A stretch of DNA of 64,000 nt from Coleofasciculus chthonoplastes F2-STO-03 (GTDB taxonomy: Bacteria; Cyanobacteriota; Cyanobacteriia; Cyanobacteriales; Coleofasciculaceae). Location: NCBI GenBank assembly GCA_040222015.1, contig JAVJWO010000052.1, forward strand, positions 1-64,000. Direction: 5' to 3'. Below the pieces are notes generated by a model, which had not been told where the DNA came from, did not search any database, and was given only the letters and a program-made list of their open reading frames with translations. Shown here piece after piece: positions 22,297 through 31,803 of this stretch (position 1 is its first letter; the number at the start of each line of letters is the position of its first letter). Both the position numbers and the translations under genes were made by a program.

Positions 22297-23688
22297 TTAT
22301 CTAGCTGCTGAAACTTCGGCAGGTAGGTACTTCTCAATCATCTGACGGTATTCGCTTTTTTGTTTTAAACCCTTAAGTTGATCCACGATTTCTTTGTCTT
22401 TGAAAAATTGTACCGTGGGTGTTCCAGTAACCATGGCATTTTCAGCGATTTCGGGTTCCGCTTCAATATCGACCTCGACAAAGTGGATTTTGCCCTCATA
22501 TTCATCCACCACTTTATTTAGAATTGGCTTCAGGGTATGGCACGGACCACAGTTGGGTGAAACATACTTAACCATAATCAGGCGATCGCTCTCGTGGAAG
22601 AGTTTGCGTAGGGCATAACCGCCAACATGCCGTGTCTTGTTACTATCAAAGGTTGCTTCTGTGTCTGCTGTCGGTTTCTCGTCAGCCGTCTGGGTTGGTT
22701 GTTCAGATTCGGGTTTCTGGTGATATTCCTGAATCAGGTTATTGGCAGACAACCAGCGTTCCGCTAACATGGCAGCCATACAGCCCGTTCCCGCCGCCGT
22801 AACCGCTTGGCGAAATTCATGGTCTTGCACATCACCCGCCGCATAAACCCCTTCTACACTGGTTTCAACTGAACCCGGTTTGGTAATAACATAGCCCACG
22901 TCATCTAGGTCGAGTTGTCCTTGGAACAGGGAGGTGTTGGGACTATGACCGATCGCGTAAAATAATCCCTTAACCTGTAAGTCGCTCTCCTCGCCCGTTT
23001 GGGTGTTGCGGAGTTTGACTCCACTCATCCGACCATTTTCGCCAAACACATCCACCGCCTGCGTATTCCAGTAAACGGTAATATTGGAGTTATTTAATAC
23101 TCTATCTTGCATGGTTTTCGATGCCCGCAGTTGGTCGCGGCGCACTAATAAATGCACATGATCCCCATATTTGGTTAAGTACACCGCTTCTTCAGCGGCT
23201 GAGTCACCCCCACCCACCACGGCTAGGGATTGACCATGAAAAATGGGAGTCGCACCATCGCAAATCGCACAGGCGGAGATCCCATGACTCCAGAATTGGT
23301 TTTCACTGGGGAGTCCTAAACGTTTGGCGGTGGCGCCGGTGGCAATTACAATACTGTGGGCTTGGACTTCTCGTTCATCAGAACGGATAATAAAAGGACG
23401 CCGACTCAAATCCACAGACGTGACATCCTCGGTATAACACTCCGTTCCCCAGCGTTCGGCTTGGGCTTTCATCCGCTCCATCAGTTGCGGACCTGTGATC
23501 CCTTCAGGGAAACCGGGAAAGTTCTCTACATCCGTTGTCGTCATTAGCTGACCCCCAGGAAGTCCCCCGGCTTGGAAGCCTTCAAACATCAAGGGTTTAA
23601 GGTTAGCACGGGCGGCATAAATGGCAGCGGTGTAACCTGCAGGACCCGAACCGATAATCACCAAGTTTTCTACAGTAGAGTTGGACAT
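22297..23688 (-). CDS. trxB: NADPH-thioredoxin reductase C (TrxB fused to thioredoxin, NTRC)
   Basis: GSGPAG, CAIC redox pair, GGGDSA, C-terminal CGPC thioredoxin domain; start set at MSNST. Confidence 0.93.
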   Translation of the reverse strand: MSNSTVENLVIIGSGPAGYTAAIYAARANLKPLMFEGFQAGGLPGGQLMTTTDVENFPGFPEGITGPQLMERMKAQAERWGTECYTEDVTSVDLSRRPFIIRSDEREVQAHSIVIATGATAKRLGLPSENQFWSHGISACAICDGATPIFHGQSLAVVGGGDSAAEEAVYLTKYGDHVHLLVRRDQLRASKTMQDRVLNNSNITVYWNTQAVDVFGENGRMSGVKLRNTQTGEESDLQVKGLFYAIGHSPNTSLFQGQLDLDDVGYVITKPGSVETSVEGVYAAGDVQDHEFRQAVTAAGTGCMAAMLAERWLSANNLIQEYHQKPESEQPTQTADEKPTADTEATFDSNKTRHVGGYALRKLFHESDRLIMVKYVSPNCGPCHTLKPILNKVVDEYEGKIHFVEVDIEAEPEIAENAMVTGTPTVQFFKDKEIVDQLKGLKQKSEYRQMIEKYLPAEVSAAR

Positions 23689-23955
23689 ATAAATAAACTC
23701 ATAACGACTACGTTTAAAGTTTAGTATAGCGGAATGTGGGCAGAGAAGTTTTGACCCTTCCCTTCGCTCAAGGGAACCTGATTTCCTATTACCGTTATCT
23801 TGACAAATTGACCTATTTACCATTCGAGTAGGGTGAGGAGAGCGAAGCGTAACACACCACCTTAGTTTTTCGGGCGTAAGCCTGGATCTCCTACGACCTG
23901 CTTCCTCCGTTCAATCCTGATAAAATCAGATAAAACACCATTTCCCAGGTCAGAA

Positions 23956-24303
23956 TTGAAACAACTTGTTGAATTTTCCTTAGACGACGACACCACGTTC
24001 TTCGTTGAGGTAGATGAACCTGAAACGGCGGCGGTGCAACGAGTCGCGTTACCCTCGGGGCGGTTAGCGTTGAAAGCTCAACAGTCCTTTGATCAGGCAC
24101 TTGATACTATTAAACCTGTCGCCTCTAAGATAATTTCCAAACTCAATGACCTCAATACACCCGCCGATGAAGTAGAAGTAAGATTTGGGCTGAAGTTAAC
24201 CGCTGACGCAGGCGCAGTCTTTACCTCAGTCGGTGGCGAAGTCAGCTATGAAATTACCTTGAAATGGAATCAGAGTCAATCTAAAAAACGTGATGGCAGA
24301 TAA
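23956..24303 (+). CDS. Trypco1 (trypsin co-occurring; CU044_2847 family) protein
   Basis: F..ALDTIKPVA...DEVEVRFGLKLTA.AG....ITLKW pattern; overlaps the trypsin gene. Confidence 0.8.
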   Translation: MKQLVEFSLDDDTTFFVEVDEPETAAVQRVALPSGRLALKAQQSFDQALDTIKPVASKIISKLNDLNTPADEVEVRFGLKLTADAGAVFTSVGGEVSYEITLKWNQSQSKKRDGR

Positions 24304-25168
24304 CTCAGCTTACCTAAATGCCTTTAAAACGGGGATTATTCGCATATCCCACGCCAATGGATTCGTGGTTGGGGCAGGATTTCTGGTATCTCCTAATTAT
24401 GTGTTGACCTGCGCTCATTTGGTAGCTCAAGCGCTGACGATTTCCCCAAATACCCCCGATGTGCCGACAGGTTTGATTGACCTAGATTTTCCTTTAATTG
24501 CACCGGGACAGAAAATTAAGGCAAGGGTAGAGTTTTGGCAACCCGTGAATCCTTCAGTAGCCGGAGAAGATATTGCCGGATTGAAAATAGAAGGTGAATG
24601 TCCGCCTGGAGTGCAACCTGTGCGGTTGGTTACAGCCGACGACGTTTGGCAACATCCAGTACGGGTGTTTGGCTTTCCCAGTGGACATAATGATGGCGTT
24701 TGGGCTACGGGGGTAATGCGCGGGGAACTAGGCAATGGGTGGATACAGATGGAAGCGGTTACTGTTACCGGTTATCGGGTAGAACCGGGGTTTAGTGGTG
24801 CGCCAGTGTGGGATGAAACCTTGTCGGGAGTTGTCGGGATGGCGGTAGCGGCGGAACGACAACGGGAGGGGGTTAAGGCGGCGTTTATGATTCCCACAAA
24901 GGTGTTGAGTCAAACTTGGTCGGTTCTTGGTCAATGGGTTCAAACAGGAATGAACACTAAACCCACATTGAGTCGAGTTCAGCAAGTCAAAGCTAGAGCT
25001 TTACAGAACCGTCTGGAAAGTTTAGTCGCTGATTATGAAAATACTTATAACCAATTAAATTATACGCCAAGTGCTGCTGATCGCAACATGATTAAACGAC
25101 GGTGTGATGACATTGAGCAGGAAATGACCGACGCTGAAAACGAACTTGATAGAATTATGAATCATTAA
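24290..25168 (+). CDS. Trypsin-like serine protease effector with C-terminal EAD-like helical adaptor
   Basis: Intact triad LTCAH / EDIA / GFSGAPV; C-terminal ~62 aa homologous to the N-termini of 25289 and 31804. Confidence 0.85.
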   Translation: MMADNSAYLNAFKTGIIRISHANGFVVGAGFLVSPNYVLTCAHLVAQALTISPNTPDVPTGLIDLDFPLIAPGQKIKARVEFWQPVNPSVAGEDIAGLKIEGECPPGVQPVRLVTADDVWQHPVRVFGFPSGHNDGVWATGVMRGELGNGWIQMEAVTVTGYRVEPGFSGAPVWDETLSGVVGMAVAAERQREGVKAAFMIPTKVLSQTWSVLGQWVQTGMNTKPTLSRVQQVKARALQNRLESLVADYENTYNQLNYTPSAADRNMIKRRCDDIEQEMTDAENELDRIMNH

Positions 25169-25288
25169 GTTTAACCATACTCTGACTCCTTTGTTGCCAA
25201 ATCGGGGCGGGTTTAGTTAAGTTAGGGATTTTCCAAAACGTTATCGGTAAAACCCGCCCCTACAGCCCTGCTTCTTATGCCTTAACCA

Positions 25289-26287
25289 ATGCCCAATGCC
25301 CTCAGCACAAAAAAAAAGATGCTTCAGGCTCAGCTTGATGCATTAATCGTAGATTACGAAAGTGTGTATCAGCAATTAAGCCACACAAGGGATAAAGCTG
25401 ATCGCAATCAGTTACAACGGAAAGCGGATGATTTATTTGAGCAGATGGAAAGGGTGGAAGCCCAACTGAATCAATGTCAGTCATCTCATACAACCTACAA
25501 CGATTATTATAAAAACTGGGAAGAACACCTGCCTCAGATTAATTATTCTCAAGCCAGTAAACTGTTTAATCGCATTTTTGACCACTTTGGCGAAAAAGGG
25601 GGCGCTGTCTTTTTCTTACTCCAGAATTGTCATCCCATGGGTGGGAAGTGGTGCATGGAAAAGATTAAGGCTTCTCTCAAGGATAAAGGGGTGTGGAGTC
25701 CTCGTGCGGTCGGCTTTGCCGCCTGGGAAAAGCCGAATCCCACAGATTTTATCCAGCGCTTAGGGACTAGCTTTAATCTGGAAGATAATACCAGTTCTGT
25801 AGAAGTAGCGACTCAACGCCTAATCGATAAAATTTATAACTATTTGCAAATTGACAGCACCGTATTTCTGGAGATTCGACTCTTCTCCCTGGATAGCAAA
25901 TCTGACTTTTTAGCCTGGTTAATTCATCAATTCTGGGTTCCTTTAATCAGCCGCTTGCGATTAATTCGCCAGGAACTTCCCTTAGTTAAATTTGTTGCCG
26001 TTATGGTGGTGGAGACGGAAATGCCTCAAACTTGTCGGTCTCCTGATCTATTTTGTCAAGGGGGTAAGTTGAGTCCTCAGAAGATTATTGAACTAAAACT
26101 AGGCAACTGGACGGAAAAAGAAATCAGAACTTGGTTATATCGATACTCCGGTTTGGCGACGCCTCATGTCGGACGAACGCCAAGGGAAATTGAGCAGATG
26201 TCTCGTATGGTTTACCAAGTGAGTCAAGGTAGACCGATTGATGTTTATAGTTACCTGATGAACGAGTTGACTCGAATTTTCGGTTAA
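25289..26287 (+). CDS. EAD-like adaptor + inactive STAND (iSTAND) protein
   Basis: Shared N-terminal helical domain; P-loop-like strand FFLLQNCHPMGGKW without Walker A GKT; directly upstream of MoxR. Confidence 0.7.
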   Translation: MPNALSTKKKMLQAQLDALIVDYESVYQQLSHTRDKADRNQLQRKADDLFEQMERVEAQLNQCQSSHTTYNDYYKNWEEHLPQINYSQASKLFNRIFDHFGEKGGAVFFLLQNCHPMGGKWCMEKIKASLKDKGVWSPRAVGFAAWEKPNPTDFIQRLGTSFNLEDNTSSVEVATQRLIDKIYNYLQIDSTVFLEIRLFSLDSKSDFLAWLIHQFWVPLISRLRLIRQELPLVKFVAVMVVETEMPQTCRSPDLFCQGGKLSPQKIIELKLGNWTEKEIRTWLYRYSGLATPHVGRTPREIEQMSRMVYQVSQGRPIDVYSYLMNELTRIFG

Positions 26288-26306
26288 GTTTGAGGGAATT
26301 GATGTC

Positions 26307-27239
26307 ATGAATTCGACCACTGAATACAAGTTTCAAGGTAATCCTAAGGCTCGACCAAAATCAGCTCATCCGGATTCTCCCCAAACCCCTGAACCCTATA
26401 TTGCCCCGGATGAATTGATTCAGGCAGTAAATTTGGCAATTTATCTGCGGCGACCGTTATTATTAGAAGGAGAAGCCGGGTGTGGTAAAACGCGATTGGC
26501 TCGTGCGGTGGCGTATGAATTAGGATTACCGTTTTATCGTTGGGATATACGCTCGACGAGTAAAGCTCAAGAGGGTCTTTATCACTATGATGCTATCTTA
26601 CGTTTGCATGATGTGCAGATTCAGCAGTTAGAGACGCTGGACAAGAGTGACCAAAGTCGCAATCCCAGTAATCCCAAATACTATCGCAAATTGGGCGCAT
26701 TGGGGAAAGCGTTTGTGCTGAAATCCTGTCCGGCGGTGGTGTTGATTGATGAAATTGATAAGGCAGATATTGATTTTCCCAATGATTTGCTTGCAGTTTT
26801 AGATGAGCCGTGGGAATTTACGATTCCGGAGACAAGGGAAATTTTTCAGGCTAATTATCCGCCCATTGTGATGATTACCAGTAATAAGGAAAAGGGGAAT
26901 TTACCAGCACCGTTTTTACGCCGTTGTTTATATTATTTTGTTGAATTTCCCAGTCAAGAGCGCTTAAAGGAAATTGTCGCGATTCACTATCAGATGCAGC
27001 AAATGACAGCTCCGGCGAGTGAGTTAGTGGAGACAGCAACAGAACGGTTTATTCAAGTGCGTCAGGAGGGAGGGTTATTTAAGCTTCCCGGAACGAGTGA
27101 ATTTTTAGATTGGTTGAAAGCACTGCAAACCTTTGAAAAGACACCCTATCAGGCAGAAAAATTAGCGGAGGAGAAGCGGCTTCCTTATCGGGAATTATTA
27201 TTTAAGCTGCGGGCGGATTGGCAAAACTATGCTGTATAG
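26307..27239 (+). CDS. MoxR-family AAA+ ATPase (module 1)
   Basis: RPLLLEGEAGCGKT, VVLIDEIDKADIDFPNDLL, LPAPFLRRC. Confidence 0.92.
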   Translation: MNSTTEYKFQGNPKARPKSAHPDSPQTPEPYIAPDELIQAVNLAIYLRRPLLLEGEAGCGKTRLARAVAYELGLPFYRWDIRSTSKAQEGLYHYDAILRLHDVQIQQLETLDKSDQSRNPSNPKYYRKLGALGKAFVLKSCPAVVLIDEIDKADIDFPNDLLAVLDEPWEFTIPETREIFQANYPPIVMITSNKEKGNLPAPFLRRCLYYFVEFPSQERLKEIVAIHYQMQQMTAPASELVETATERFIQVRQEGGLFKLPGTSEFLDWLKALQTFEKTPYQAEKLAEEKRLPYRELLFKLRADWQNYAV

Positions 27240-27379
27240 GTTTATTCGTCATGTATACGCAAAATCGTAGGGTGCGTTAGCAAAGCGTAACGCACCATGT
27301 CTATGACTGTTACTTTAAAAACGGGTAAACCCACTCCGACAATTGCTGACAGACGTGCCATGGCACGTCTCTACATGAT

Positions 27380-28444
27380 GTGAAAAACGATATCATTCAG
27401 CCCATCCTATCTCGCCTATTTAACCGCTTACGTCAAAGTGGATTCAATTTGGGTGTGGGTGAATATCGGGCAGCGCTACAGGCAATTGAAGGGGGCTATG
27501 GGTCAAGTAGCCGGAACGAACTCAAACGGGTGTTAACGTTACTCTGGTGTCATTCCCGCGCCGAACAAAGCCAGTTTCAGTTCATTTGGGAATCGGTAAT
27601 CGCAGACACCTCAACGGTGGAACCGAAACCACCACGCCGCACCTCTAAACCGGAACCCTCACCAGAACCCCAAGATAAACCGCTACCCGCTCCCTCACCT
27701 CAACCTGTAGAATCGGTGCAACCCCAACCCGCTCTAGAATTAGCGCCTTTGCCGGTTCGCGCTCCCTTTACCCCGGTTGAAGCGGAAGATACCCCCCAAC
27801 TACAAACCGATAGACCCATTTCCCGCCGTGCGATGGTTTATAGTTGGCGTTATCTGCGCCGTCCGATTCTGGATGGTCCAGAGGATGTTTTGGATGAGCA
27901 GGCGACGGTGGAAACCGTGGCACGTCAGGGATTTTTTCTCACCCCCGTTTATCGACGCCGGGAACGGAATGCGGCTCATTTGCTGTTGTTAATCGACCAA
28001 GATGGGTCAATGACACCCTTCCATCGTTTTACCCGTGACTTGGTGGAAACGGCGCAATATGAAAGTTCGATTGGGCAAGTGGATGTTAGCTATTTTCACA
28101 ATATTCCGGCAAAAAGCGTTTATCGTGACCCCTATTTGACCCAACCTGTCGTTTTGGAGCGGGTGTTAGCCACCTGTGATAATAACACCAGTATTTTCAT
28201 CGTCAGTGATGCGGGGGCGGCGCGGGGGTATCGGCGGTTAGAGCGAATTCGAGCCACGACGGAGGTATTATTTCAAATTAAGCAACAGACCAATTTGATT
28301 GCTTGGTTAAATCCCATGCCCCAGGAGCGTTGGGGGAGTACCTCAGCTCAACTCATTGCCCATCTGGTGCCAATGTATCCCATGGATAATGATGGATTAA
28401 GTCATGCGATCGATATTGTACGCGGACAGCCGTTGTCACCGTAG
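27380..28444 (+). CDS. vWA (CoxE-like) domain protein (module 1)
   Basis: MIDAS-like LLIDQDGSM, IVSDAGAARG, AWLNPMP..RW. Confidence 0.85.
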   Translation: MKNDIIQPILSRLFNRLRQSGFNLGVGEYRAALQAIEGGYGSSSRNELKRVLTLLWCHSRAEQSQFQFIWESVIADTSTVEPKPPRRTSKPEPSPEPQDKPLPAPSPQPVESVQPQPALELAPLPVRAPFTPVEAEDTPQLQTDRPISRRAMVYSWRYLRRPILDGPEDVLDEQATVETVARQGFFLTPVYRRRERNAAHLLLLIDQDGSMTPFHRFTRDLVETAQYESSIGQVDVSYFHNIPAKSVYRDPYLTQPVVLERVLATCDNNTSIFIVSDAGAARGYRRLERIRATTEVLFQIKQQTNLIAWLNPMPQERWGSTSAQLIAHLVPMYPMDNDGLSHAIDIVRGQPLSP

Positions 28445-28494
28445 GGGCGCACCGACGTGCGCCCTTTCCCGACGTGCGCTCTTTCCCAACGTGC
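28441..28494. repeat. GGGCGCACGTCGG tandem/palindromic repeat family (also 28640-28663, 33445-33505, 35617-35630, 36390-36413)
   Basis: Related copies in both orientations, all inside the conflict locus. Confidence 0.7.
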
Positions 28495-28692
28495 TAAAGA
28501 GTTTTAGGTTGGGTTGACGCCTGTTACCCAACAAAATCATCACTGATGGGATACGACTCTATACCTTATTTGCGGTGGGTTACGCTTCGCTAACCCACCC
28601 TACAAATCTAAAATTGGGGATAGATTTTGCCATTGAATTGGGCGCACTGACGTGCGCCCCTACAAATTTTCCATAAGAACAACCATGAATTC

Positions 28693-30291
28693 ATGAATAC
28701 CGCCACTGTACCTAACCGAGATAAGGAAATTGCCAGACAACGGGTGAACCAATTTGTCCGGCGATTTGAGGAATCTTATCGGCTTTTGGCGTATCATGCG
28801 GCACTTCCTTTGGTGTTAACCCCGGAACTGCTCAATTATCTGCGGAATCAATTTCTGCGGGGACAAGTGCCTTGGCTGGCGGAAGTGGATTTGTTGCTCT
28901 CGGAGTTGTGTACTCCGGTGGGGTATGAACTCTATGCCATGGATACCGCCGTTCGTGCCTATTTGCTGGAGGAAATGCATAATGATGCCGCACTCTCCAG
29001 CCAACGGATGCAGGAGGTGGCTCGATTATTGTTAGGGTATGTCCGTCATCTGGCACAGACGAATCCGTTTATTAGTAAACAGGAATTAGAGGCGCAACAG
29101 TGGGCGGCAATGGTGTACCTTGATAACCAGCGAGAGAATGCTGTGCGTCAGATTGTGCAGGCGTTTCAAGAGAGTCGGGCAATCGGGGGAAGTCGCTGGC
29201 AAACCGAAATGGCGCGTTTATCCCGGATTACGCAGGAACTTGCCCCTCAATTAAGGGCTTACCCAAATCTGTTAGAGTATGCCGAGTTAATTACTCGGTT
29301 TGTGGCTGAACCTGAATCAGTGAATCCCGAACCTGGGAAGGATTCCTATCAAGTTCTAGGGGAAACCCTGGAAGTCCCTGGACAATCGGTTACCTACAAG
29401 CTGGAGATTGCCCATGGTAAGAGTTCATTTCCCCCCTTGCAGGTGTTTGAGTTTGGGGTGGTGAGGGTTGATAGAAAGGGGACTATCATTGACAAAACTC
29501 AGAAGCAAACGCAATATTTTCGGGAAGATTTGGGCAATGGTGTCACCTTGGATATGGTGGCGATTCCTGGAGGGTCATTCATGATGGGTTCTCCAGAAAC
29601 GGAAGAAAAACACAGAGATAGTGAAAGTCCTCAGCATTCGGTAACGGTTCAACCCTTTTTCATGGGGAAATACCCGGTGACTCAGGCGCAATGGCAGGCG
29701 GTTGCTAATCTGCCTCAAGTGGATAAAAAACTTGACCCTGACCCGTCCGGATTTAAAGGATCAGATCGACCCGTTGAGCAAGTATCGTGGTATGATTGCG
29801 TGGAGTTTTGTGCGCGGTTGTCGCAGTACACAGGACGAGACTACCGACTTCCTAGTGAAGCCGAGTGGGAATATGCTTGTCGTGCGGGAACAACAATGCC
29901 GTTTCATTTTGGCGAAACAATTACCACAGATTTAGCCAATTACAACGGCAACTATACTTATGCTGAAGGTCATAAGGGTGAGTATCGTGAACAGACTATC
30001 CCAGTCAGGAGTTTTCAGGTTGCGAACGCCTTTGGCTTATTTGACATGCATGGAAATGTGTGGGAATGGTGTGCTGACCATTGGCATGATAGTTATGAAG
30101 GTGCGCCGTCGGATGGTCAAGCTTGGTTAATTAATAATGATAATAAGAATCATTCTCGGCTGTTGCGCGGTGGTTCGTGGGTCAACTATCCCTGGTACTG
30201 TCGTTGTGCCTATCGCATCGGGGTTACCCCAGACAGCAGGGGCAACGGCAGCGGGTTTCGGGTTGTCTGTGGTGCGGCGTGGACTCTTTAG
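28693..30291 (+). CDS. Receptor 1: vWA-partner helical domain + FGE-sulfatase (CLec-fold) domain; DGR target gene
   Basis: F.MGS, RLPSEAEWEYACRAG, NAFGLFDMHGNVWEW, RGGSW...GFRVV; 3' variable region; avd fragment immediately downstream. Confidence 0.88.
   Translation: MNTATVPNRDKEIARQRVNQFVRRFEESYRLLAYHAALPLVLTPELLNYLRNQFLRGQVPWLAEVDLLLSELCTPVGYELYAMDTAVRAYLLEEMHNDAALSSQRMQEVARLLLGYVRHLAQTNPFISKQELEAQQWAAMVYLDNQRENAVRQIVQAFQESRAIGGSRWQTEMARLSRITQELAPQLRAYPNLLEYAELITRFVAEPESVNPEPGKDSYQVLGETLEVPGQSVTYKLEIAHGKSSFPPLQVFEFGVVRVDRKGTIIDKTQKQTQYFREDLGNGVTLDMVAIPGGSFMMGSPETEEKHRDSESPQHSVTVQPFFMGKYPVTQAQWQAVANLPQVDKKLDPDPSGFKGSDRPVEQVSWYDCVEFCARLSQYTGRDYRLPSEAEWEYACRAGTTMPFHFGETITTDLANYNGNYTYAEGHKGEYREQTIPVRSFQVANAFGLFDMHGNVWEWCADHWHDSYEGAPSDGQAWLINNDNKNHSRLLRGGSWVNYPWYCRCAYRIGVTPDSRGNGSGFRVVCGAAWTL
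30157..30291 (+). repeat. DGR variable region VR1
   Basis: Against 40293-40436, 20 of 21 mismatches in the 24-codon core fall at codon positions 1-2. Confidence 0.8.
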
Positions 30292-30357
30292 CCCTTGACA
30301 CTTTTGCCCTTTTACCCTCTACCCTGTTTTCTTTTCCCTCTTCCCGCCGCAGGCGGG
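30292..30357 (+). promoter_or_regulatory. Putative DGR cis-element: pyrimidine-rich IMH-like tract + hairpin CCCGCC-GCA-GGCGGG (30343-30357)
   Basis: Perfect 6-bp GC stem with a 3-nt G-N-A loop, ~50 nt after the VR; could also act as a terminator (T-tract follows). Confidence 0.6.
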
Positions 30358-30438
30358 TCGATTTTTTTTGAGATTTATACCCAATGGCAATCGTCTGCCG
30401 GAATATCTCCTGTAACTTTTTAATGTACGATTGAGTCT

Positions 30439-30585
30439 GTGAGCGATTTACCGATTATCCAGAAAACCTACGATTTGATTCGCTGGTACATCCCGATTCT
30501 TAACCGCCTGCCGCGAAATCATAAGTTTCTCTTAGGGGATCGGATCATTAGTAGATTGTATGATCTTTTAGACGGATTGATTATA
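30439..30585 (+). pseudogene. avd: 5' fragment of DGR accessory protein Avd
   Basis: MSDLPIIQKTYDLIRWYIPILNRLPRNHKFLLGDRI...LYDLLDGLII is the typical cyanobacterial Avd N-terminus; the frame runs into repeat DNA after codon 49. Confidence 0.82.
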
Positions 30586-30623
30586 AATTATAGCACGGCA
30601 ATTTGTAAGGGCACGGCAATGCC

Positions 30624-30763
30624 CATGGGTGTCAACTTAAGGTGCAAACTAATACTGACAAGGTTTTAAGCTGTGTCTGTCTACTCCTCGACATTTCCCC
30701 CTCATCCCCTAACCCCTTCTCCCACCGTGGGGAGAAGGGGTTGAGCTTAAGTTGACACGGATG
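30624..30763. mobile_element. MITE (GTGTCAACTTAAG TIR) flanked by the 9-bp duplication GGCAATGCC
   Basis: GGCAATGCC at 30615-30623 and 30764-30772; an uninterrupted copy of the host palindrome lies at 56899-56927. Confidence 0.75.
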
Positions 30764-30924
30764 GGCAATGCCGTGCCCCTACCATTGGTAATACCAAACC
30801 GCCTTTGAAACCCCTTTTTTGCCTTGGCGAGGAGTAAGTCGCAGCTACACAAGCAAAGTCCGCCTGCGCGGACTAGATTATAAAGAGGGTGGCTAACCCG
30901 GATTTGGTATAACTCGGTATTAGG

Positions 30925-31027
30925 TAAGCTGTAATGCATTTAAATTGGGTATTAGTAGCGAGCAAGATGCTCGCACTACAAGGATTGTGCAATTATTGAT
31001 ATTAAGGTTTAAATGCCGAACAGCTTA
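30925..31027. mobile_element. 103-bp MITE-like repeat (TAAGCTGT...ACAGCTTA), copy 1
   Basis: Near-identical inverted copy at 31645-31747; third copy at 44753-44863. Confidence 0.8.
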
Positions 31028-31153
31028 TCGGGATATTTTCTCTGCTTGTATTTTCACAACAGTACTGGTTGCAGCATCTGGGTTGTCTTCGCAAATGTAG
31101 GCATGAAGCTGCTCAAGGTTGCGTAGTGCTTTACGTAACCATCTAACGTCCAT
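31025..31153 (-). pseudogene. Truncated RelE/ParE toxin
   Basis: MDVRWLRKALRNLEQLHAYICEDNPDAA... (42 aa); the stop codon is supplied by the MITE end. Confidence 0.7.
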
Positions 31154-31385
31154 GGGTCAACCGAGTAAAGACGGCGGTTACCTCGTCTTCACTGGCGAAA
31201 TCCCCAGCATCGGCTTCAGCGATACCCTGCTGAATCTCTTGCAGTTGCCACTGATGCATTTCCAGGTAAGCATTGATTGCCTGATTCAATACATAGGTTA
31301 AATTACGATCCATACCAGCAGCAATAGCATCCAGTGCAGCTCTCTTATTTGGATCAAGTCGAAAGGTTACATTTTCCTTGCTCAT
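31143..31385 (-). CDS. CopG/RHH antitoxin (80 aa)
   Basis: MSKENVTFRLD...LDAIA...DR...LNQAI...WQ..EI..GIAEADAGDFAS. Confidence 0.8.
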   Translation of the reverse strand: MSKENVTFRLDPNKRAALDAIAAGMDRNLTYVLNQAINAYLEMHQWQLQEIQQGIAEADAGDFASEDEVTAVFTRLTHGR

Positions 31386-31471
31386 CAGACACGTCCTTCG
31401 TTGAGGGTTGGTTGAAATGCAGCAGCACTCTTTTATCATGCACTGTATTGCATTGCATTGCAAAAAGAACG

Positions 31472-31597
31472 TTACCTGACTGGATTCGGGTACGAACCGA
31501 AAACCTGCACCGCGCCAGACGCCGCATCCGCCGCCTACAAACGGACTACAATCAGGGTAAAACCGGTCAAGCGGTTGACCAATCCCTACAAAGCTAG
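31472..31597 (+). pseudogene. C-terminal fragment of DGR reverse transcriptase
   Basis: LPDWIRVRTENLHRARRRIRRLQTDYNQGK...QSLQS* resembles the segment after FLGFR in cyanobacterial DGR RTs; strand and order relative to avd fit. Confidence 0.65.
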
Positions 31598-31644
31598 GCA
31601 GTCGGTGACGATATGCGAAAATCAAACTAGGTTGGGTCGCCTGG

Positions 31645-31747
31645 TAAGCTGTTCGGCATTTCAACCTTAATATCAATAATGGCACAATCCTTGTAGTGCG
31701 AGCATCTTGCTCGCTACTAATACCCAATTTAAATGCATGACAGCTTA
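31645..31747. mobile_element. 103-bp MITE-like repeat, copy 2 (inverted)
   Basis: Reverse complement of 30925-31027 with a few mismatches. Confidence 0.8.
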
Positions 31748-31803
31748 AGCTCATGCTGAACGGTTATCCAACGCCTAAAATAACTTAGGAATTTGTTTCG
31801 AGA

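Noticed and set aside
30439..30669. 76-aa ORF as complete Avd
   Set aside because: Similarity ends at about codon 49; the tail is translated repeat DNA
30586..31471. An intact DGR template repeat or RT in the window
   Set aside because: No AAC-rich VR-like copy and no YxDD-containing RT ORF found by eye; only repeats and a TA pair lie here
31143..31754. 203-aa ORF as one gene
   Set aside because: The N-terminal part reads through a MITE and antisense RT remnant; only the last 80 aa are the RHH antitoxin
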